In this document: in pieces, positions 57,890 to 64,000 of the stretch
Numbering within the stretch: the first letter of the stretch is position 1
How the letters are laid out: each line of letters opens with the position of its first letter
Assembly: GCA_964016885.1 (NCBI GenBank)
Contig: OZ024754.1
Coordinates: 36,518,001-36,582,000, forward strand
Source: Eledone cirrhosa
Taxonomy: Eukaryota
Direction of reading: 5' to 3'
Length of the DNA stretch: 64,000 bases
Translations under genes and position numbers: made by a program
The notes under the pieces: model-generated
The model's database searches: none
What the model was told of the DNA's origin: nothing
Seen by the model: the letters and a program-made list of their open reading frames with translations, nothing else

Positions 57890-59431
57890 GGAGAGAGAGA
57901 GAGAGAGAGATTTATCTAGTCCTTCGCTCAAGATTAATCTATAAGTTTAGATGTTTGCCTTCGTTTAAGTAAATATTACAGTAAGATTTTTAATATAAAC
58001 AACTACAAAAAACAATTAATATTAAAACGAAAAAATTATCAATGATAAAAGAAGCGGATGCAACTTTTTTTTTTATAAAGTTATATTCCTGTTTCTTTAA
58101 AGAACATTTCATTTTTGTTCTATTGTAGGCGAAATAATGCAATGGTTTAATAGGGAAGATATAACTTACGAATTATGTCTCTAACCGTGTAACGCTTTTT
58201 AAGTAGATAACTACAATTGAAAATACTAAAGAAATGGAACCAACAATTCAATTTGAAAGTCGTCTAGTGACAGTGTATTACTGGTACTTTATTTTATCGA
58301 CCCCGTAACGATGAAAGGCAAAAATGCAAATGCTTAAAATTTAAATTGCCTTAATTCTATCGTCTGCTGTTTCATTAAAGGGAGATTATCGTCTGTATTT
58401 AATTCTATCGTCTACTGTTCCACTAAACAGATATACCTCCACTATCGTCTCTATTTATACATTTTAACTTATAACTTATACACATTTGATTTGAAATATT
58501 TTATCTAGTCCCCCCTCTCAATATTATGATGATTTCTTTCGAATGAAACAGTTCTAGTCCTGTAGAAGCCATTTATATATATAATTGAACTGAGTTAAAA
58601 ATTCACAATATTTATAATTAAATAAGCTCATATATATATGTGTGTATTTATCTGTTTATTGTATTATATATAATGTGTGTATATACAGGATGTCCCCCAA
58701 AAATATATACACACTTCAACAGCATTCTAATAACTATTGCCTGTACAGGTAATCAAAGTGTCAATCGAATGTTAGTTTCGTGTTTTAACAGTACAAATTT
58801 ACAATACACACATAAAACCAGTGTATATACATACATGAGTGTGTATACACATACATGAATGTGTATATACAATATATATGTATATATATATAGACACATA
58901 TATTCACGGTGCAACGGTACATTAAAATATAGATGCGGGAGAGGGGGGGTGTATATATAGGGGCGCTGGGGATAAAGGAGTGTAAAGCGTGTGTAATTGA
59001 TATATTGAAGGAGAGGAGCGTGCAGCGATAGAGTAACAAATATATAGAGAGGGGGAGAGATGGTATTGAAGGGGAGGAGTGCAAAGCGAAAGAGTAAGAG
59101 ATATATATAGAGACGGAACAGATAGAGAGAAACAGGCGTAAGTAACAGTGGAAGAGATATAGAGAGAGGTACTCTGATTGGTTGAAAATTAGCCAATGAC
59201 ATACGATCACCACCACCACGGCTATCCCCGAAAAATTTTTAAAGAAGCTAGGCATATATGTTAGAACACGAAAAGTGAACATTCTGTTGTTTCACACTTT
59301 TCGTGTTCTAACAGATATATATATATATATATATATATATAGTAAAAGAATGAAGAATAACATGGTCAGCTGTACAAAAGGGTTTATTTACTGTACAGCT
59401 GACCATGTTATTCTTCATTCTTTTACTATAT

Positions 59432-59615
59432 AACTGTTTCTACTTTAGGCACAAGGCCAGCAATTACCTCAGTGCATTACTGGTACTTTATTTTATCGAC
59501 CCCGTAAGGATGAAAGGCAAAGTCAACCTCGGCGGGATTTGAACTCAGATCGTAAAGGGACGTAACTATGTTGGAAAGCATGGCGTCCGACCCTCTACCG
59601 ATACTGCCAATCCAC
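59432..59615 (-). mobile_element. Main-family SINE
   Basis: Full-length match. Confidence 0.92.
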
Positions 59616-59623
59616 TATGTGTT

Positions 59624-59673
59624 AGTTTCAGAAGATCCCGTTAAGGGTGAAAGCAGCGATTCTTTGCTAAACT
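59624..59673 (+). ncRNA. Decayed hammerhead (CAGAAGA core)
   Basis: AGTTT-CAGAAGA-TCCCGTTAAGGGT-GAAA-GCA...TGC-TA-AACT. The sister copy near 53560 has a perfect AAACT stem I strand. Confidence 0.5.
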
Positions 59674-59905
59674 TTCATCTGTTATTTTAATAAATATATA
59701 TACATACATATATATATATATATACATATATATATACATATATATATATATATACATATATATATACATATATATATATACATATATATATACATATATA
59801 TACATACATATACATATATATATACATATACATACATATATATATACATATATATATATACATATATATATACATATATATACATACATATACATATATA
59901 TATAT

Positions 59906-59937
<32 letters not shown>

Positions 59938-59999
59938 ATATGTATGTATATATATATATATATTATTAGAAATGTTAGCTATCGCCGTATTTTGACTAA

Positions 60000-60130
60000 A
60001 GAAATTAAAGAAATTATTTAGCCTGATAGTGGGGTTAAGAACCCTCGGAGAAATGGAAAAAGATGAGTATTGACGTACATGGGAGTCGAACCGACATCTT
60101 TGGTTATCCGGACCACTGTGATACCATTTA
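60000..60130 (-). mobile_element. tRNA-like SINE head (third family), truncated
   Basis: Minus: AATGGTATCACAGTGGTCCGGATAACC...GGTTCGACTCCC (B box). Confidence 0.5.
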
Positions 60131-60133
60131 TTT

Positions 60134-60802
60134 ACAAGGAGGAGGCTAGCCCACTGTGCAGGATCTATGGAGAGAGAGAGGAGACTGTGGCTTACATTGT
60201 ATCCGAGTGTAAACACCTAGCCCAGACTCACTATAAAGGCTGGAGACATGATGTGATGGGCAGGGTGATCTACTGGCACCTATGCAAAGTAAACAATTTA
60301 CCAGATTCTGAGAAGTGATATGAGCATAAGCCAGAGTCGGTGATAGAAAACGATCAGGTGAAGGTGCTGTGGGATTTTAGGATACAGACGGACAAGAAAC
60401 TGGAACACAATAGACCTGACCTGATGGTTTTTGACAAGGAAAAAAGATCGTGCCTGATTGTGGATGTGGCCTGCCCATTCGACACAAGAGTGCAAGAGAA
60501 GGAGAGGGAGAAAATTAACCGATACCAGGACTTAAAGTGCGAGGTAAAAAGGATTTGGAACTGCCATGAGGTCAAAGTGGTCCCGATTGTCATAGGCGCA
60601 CTAGGTACTATCTCAAAAAGTTTCCAGGGATGGTTAAAGAAAATTGGCCCCTTCACGCTTTTTGGAACGCTTCAAAAGGCATGCTTGCTGGGAACAGCAA
60701 GAACCCTCCGATACGTCCTGAATATCTGAGGCTGCAGGTAGTGGCTTGATATTCATTTCAACAAACTTTCCAGTTAACTAACATCAATGACTGAGACTCA
60801 AA

Positions 60803-60899
<97 letters not shown>
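60134..60899 (+). pseudogene. 5'-truncated R4/Dong-clade non-LTR retrotransposon: degenerate CCHC knuckle, RLE endonuclease, 3'UTR, (TAA)n tail
   Basis: [56 protein letters not shown]. Single in-frame TGA at 60316-60318. (TAA)n at 60805-60899. Confidence 0.93.
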
Positions 60900-60900
<1 letters not shown>

Positions 60901-61575
60901 GTGGTGGTGATGATGATGGTGATAATCTGTTCTGTTCATGTCCATTGGAGCAATTAAAGTTCCAAGACGGAAAATAGAGCGTTTGTCTTAGATTACAACA
61001 GTTCAGTGGGGTAGTTAGTTGGTAACTTGTTCGACCAGAGGTTGAAAAGAATTAATATGGAAAGTAAATAAACAACTGTATAGAAGAAATCGATCGATAT
61101 AATCGGACTAACAAACAAAAAGAAAATAATACAAAATAACATCAAACGGAAAAACACCCTAACATAGTAAACAGAGTCATGATGAAAAAATAAAATAGTT
61201 TCTTTTTGTTTAAGCATCAACAAAGGCGGTTTTTTCATAGCTTTCGTCACGAGTCTATTGAACACAAATATCTATAAATGTGACAACTATTGCTGATATG
61301 GATGGCGAGAGGACTGGTGGCTATTCATTGGAAAAGGACTAATTTTAATGCAGCAGAAAAAGAAAATTTACAGTTGACACCTATGTAGCTTTAGCTGGCG
61401 TCATATGAGGTTGTATTTCATAAGAAAATTGATGAGAGGAGTCCCTGTTCTATCGTGAAAAACTACACGAAATACAATGCACCGCCGGGTGGGTCCATTT
61501 GATCACGAATTCAACAACTTAACTACTAGGACATGTGCGTTCATATATAGTGAGACAACAAGAAAACGGGTATCT

Positions 61576-61759
61576 TGGCAGTATCGGTAGAGGGTCGGAC
61601 GCCATGCTTTGACGTATAGCGTTACGGCCCTTGCCATTCTGAGTTCAAATCTCGCCGAGGTTAACTTTGCCTTTCATCCTTACGGGGGTCGATAAAATAA
61701 AGTACCAGTAATACACTGGATTAATTCCTGGCCTCGTGCCAAAAGTAGAAAGAATTATT
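61576..61759 (+). mobile_element. Main-family SINE
   Basis: Full match. Confidence 0.9.
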
Positions 61760-61957
61760 TATCAATTTCTAGTGTAGAGACTTCAATTACAATCTAAGAA
61801 GGCCCGATATAACCATTTGTGGGGAGAAAGCAGCGATAGTTACCCACATCGTGGGTAGCCTAGAATGGTTTTTAAATAAGGTGGTTCCCATGTTTCCACG
61901 AGGATACTGGTCGTATTAATCAGGAAGAAGTGGCATCATTAGTAAAAGAAATTAATA

Positions 61958-62092
61958 ATAATTGTTTCTACATTAGGCACAAGTCCAGCAATTTGAAGGG
62001 AAGGGTGGGGGCGGGGTGTTGATTAAATCGACCCCAGTGCATTACTGGTACTTTATTTTCTCCACTCCGTAAGGATGGAAGGCAAAGCCAAC
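61958..62092 (-). mobile_element. Main-family SINE long variant, 3' part
   Basis: Domain, GGGGTCGATTTAATC and tail. Confidence 0.8.
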
Positions 62093-62099
62093 ACCATAC

Positions 62100-62376
62100 T
62101 ACCACCTCCAACGACAACGGCAACAATGACAACAATAATAACAACTACGACAACAACAGCGACAACAGCGACAACAACGACAACAATAATAACAACTACG
62201 ACAACAACAGCGACAACAGCGACAACAACGACAACAACAACAACAACGACAACAACAACAACTACGACAACAACGACAACAACAACAACTACGACAACAA
62301 CGACAACGGCAACAACAACAACATAAACAACAACGACGACAACAACAACGACAGCAACAACAACAACGACGACAGC

Positions 62377-62423
<47 letters not shown>

Positions 62424-62455
62424 CGACAACAACGACGACAACAACAACGACCACG

Positions 62456-62488
<33 letters not shown>

Positions 62489-63265
62489 ACCACAACCACA
62501 ACAACAACAACGACAACAACTGCGGTGTTGATGTGAACCTGTATAATCTGTAATCAGAACTTTAGGTTGATGAAAATAATAGGAAAACTAAGTTAAAAGT
62601 CAGGGATGTCTGGTGGAGAATGTCACCTGCTTTACTGTTGTTAACTGGTTGTATGAGATCTGGATAGTAAAGTGTGTCAATATCACCACCACCTCCACCA
62701 CCACCACTGCCACCACCACTACCACTACCACCACTACCACCACCGCCACTACTACTACTACCACTACCACCACTACCACTACCACCACCACTAACACCAC
62801 TACCACCACCACCACGACTACCACCACCACTGCCACCACTACCACCACTACCACCACTACCACCACCACCACTACCACCACTAACACCACCACCAGCACC
62901 ACCACCGACACTACCTCCACCACCACCACCACCACCACCACCACCACTACCACCACCACCACCACCACTAATACCACCACCACCACCACCACCACTACCA
63001 CCACCACCACCACCACCACCACTAACACCACCACCACAACTCCAAAACTACCACCTACACCACCACCACCACCACCACTAACACCACCACCACCACCACT
63101 ACCACCACCACTACGACCACCACCACCACCACCACTACCACCACCACAACCATCACTACCACCTACACCACCACTACCACCACCACCACCATCACTACCA
63201 CCATCACCACGACTACCACCACCACCACTACCACTACCACCGCCACCACCATCATCATCATACCA
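62100..63265. repeat. (ACA/ACG)n and (ACC/ACT)n tracts flanking a unique island
   Basis: Direct reading. Confidence 0.92.
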
Positions 63266-63290
63266 CAGTATATATTTCCCACACACTTAC

Positions 63291-63378
63291 AATCCAATAT
63301 TCTCACGGACACTGTTTTGTAATGTGAACGAAAATAAAGAATATAAAGTCGACCAACGGACGGAGAGTGTGCTCGTTC
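63291..63378 (-). CDS. Candidate exon (ERAHSPSVGRLYILYFRSHYKTVSVRILD), possibly spliced to 62659-62562
   Basis: Consensus GTAAGT donor. Downstream CTTTACTATCCAG acceptor is in compatible phase. Confidence 0.25.
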
Positions 63379-63411
63379 CTACTAATAGACGAACGCTTCA
63401 CGTACACACAC

Positions 63412-63508
<97 letters not shown>

Positions 63509-63597
63509 CATACACATACACATACACGTACAGACGCATGCACATTCGTATGAGTACCTCAAACAGCAAAAAGTAGACATTATTCATATATATATAT

Positions 63598-63791
63598 AGG
63601 GCGGTGGATTGGCAGTATCGGTAGAGGGTCGGACGCCATGCTTTGACGTATAGAGTTACGGCCCTTGCCATTCTGAGTTCAAATCCCGCCGAGGTTAACT
63701 TTGCCTTTCATCCTTATGGGGTCGATAAAATAAAGTACCAGTAATGCACTGGGTATTTGCTGGCCTTGTGCCAAAAGTAGAAACAATTATT
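63598..63791 (+). mobile_element. Main-family SINE, full length
   Basis: GGGCGGTGGATTGGCAGTATCGG head through AAACAATTATT tail. Confidence 0.93.
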
Positions 63792-63921
63792 CATATATAT
63801 ATATTTCGTTTCTGAATTTGTTTAGCAAGATTCTTTATCTGAAATCGTGTGTTGAAACCGATATTGTTATACTTTGGGAGGGTGTGTTTCTTATTGGCAA
63901 CATGACCCTCCCAAAGTATAA

Positions 63922-63957
<36 letters not shown>

Positions 63958-64000
63958 TGTTCCGTATAACCGTGACCAGTACGAGCTGAAGATCCGCTAA

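Noticed and set aside
60075-60130. Functional tRNA gene
   Set aside because: Acceptor stem and 5' end are missing. It is a SINE head. The same applies to the other A/B-box hits.

Overview
Repeat-saturated, AT-rich animal genomic DNA, probably intronic or intergenic. The SINE families and the extreme (TA)n/(CA)n/trinucleotide load suggest an octopod cephalopod (inference). Almost all ORF-track entries are translations of microsatellites. Recognisable parts: about 20 copies or fragments of a tRNA-derived SINE with a Meta/MESC-like central domain; two copies of a second tRNA-SINE type; decayed RTE-clade LINE pieces, one with a 5' inversion; the 3' end of an R4/Dong-type RLE retrotransposon with a (TAA)n tail; Tc1/mariner, pogo/Tigger and hAT MITEs; several minisatellites; and a 4.2-kb hexamer satellite. 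The main discovery, made by eye, is about 20 type I hammerhead ribozyme motifs (about 12 with canonical core and all three stems) from roughly 8-10 largely sequence-unrelated short element families. Most sit in or beside (TA)n tracts, often as inverted foldbacks. They show stem covariation, U3-A8 and C4 core variants and a shared downstream TGAGT motif, and look like non-autonomous Penelope-like/retrozyme elements. A few unique islands have good splice signals and may be exons of an unidentified gene, but no gene could be named.
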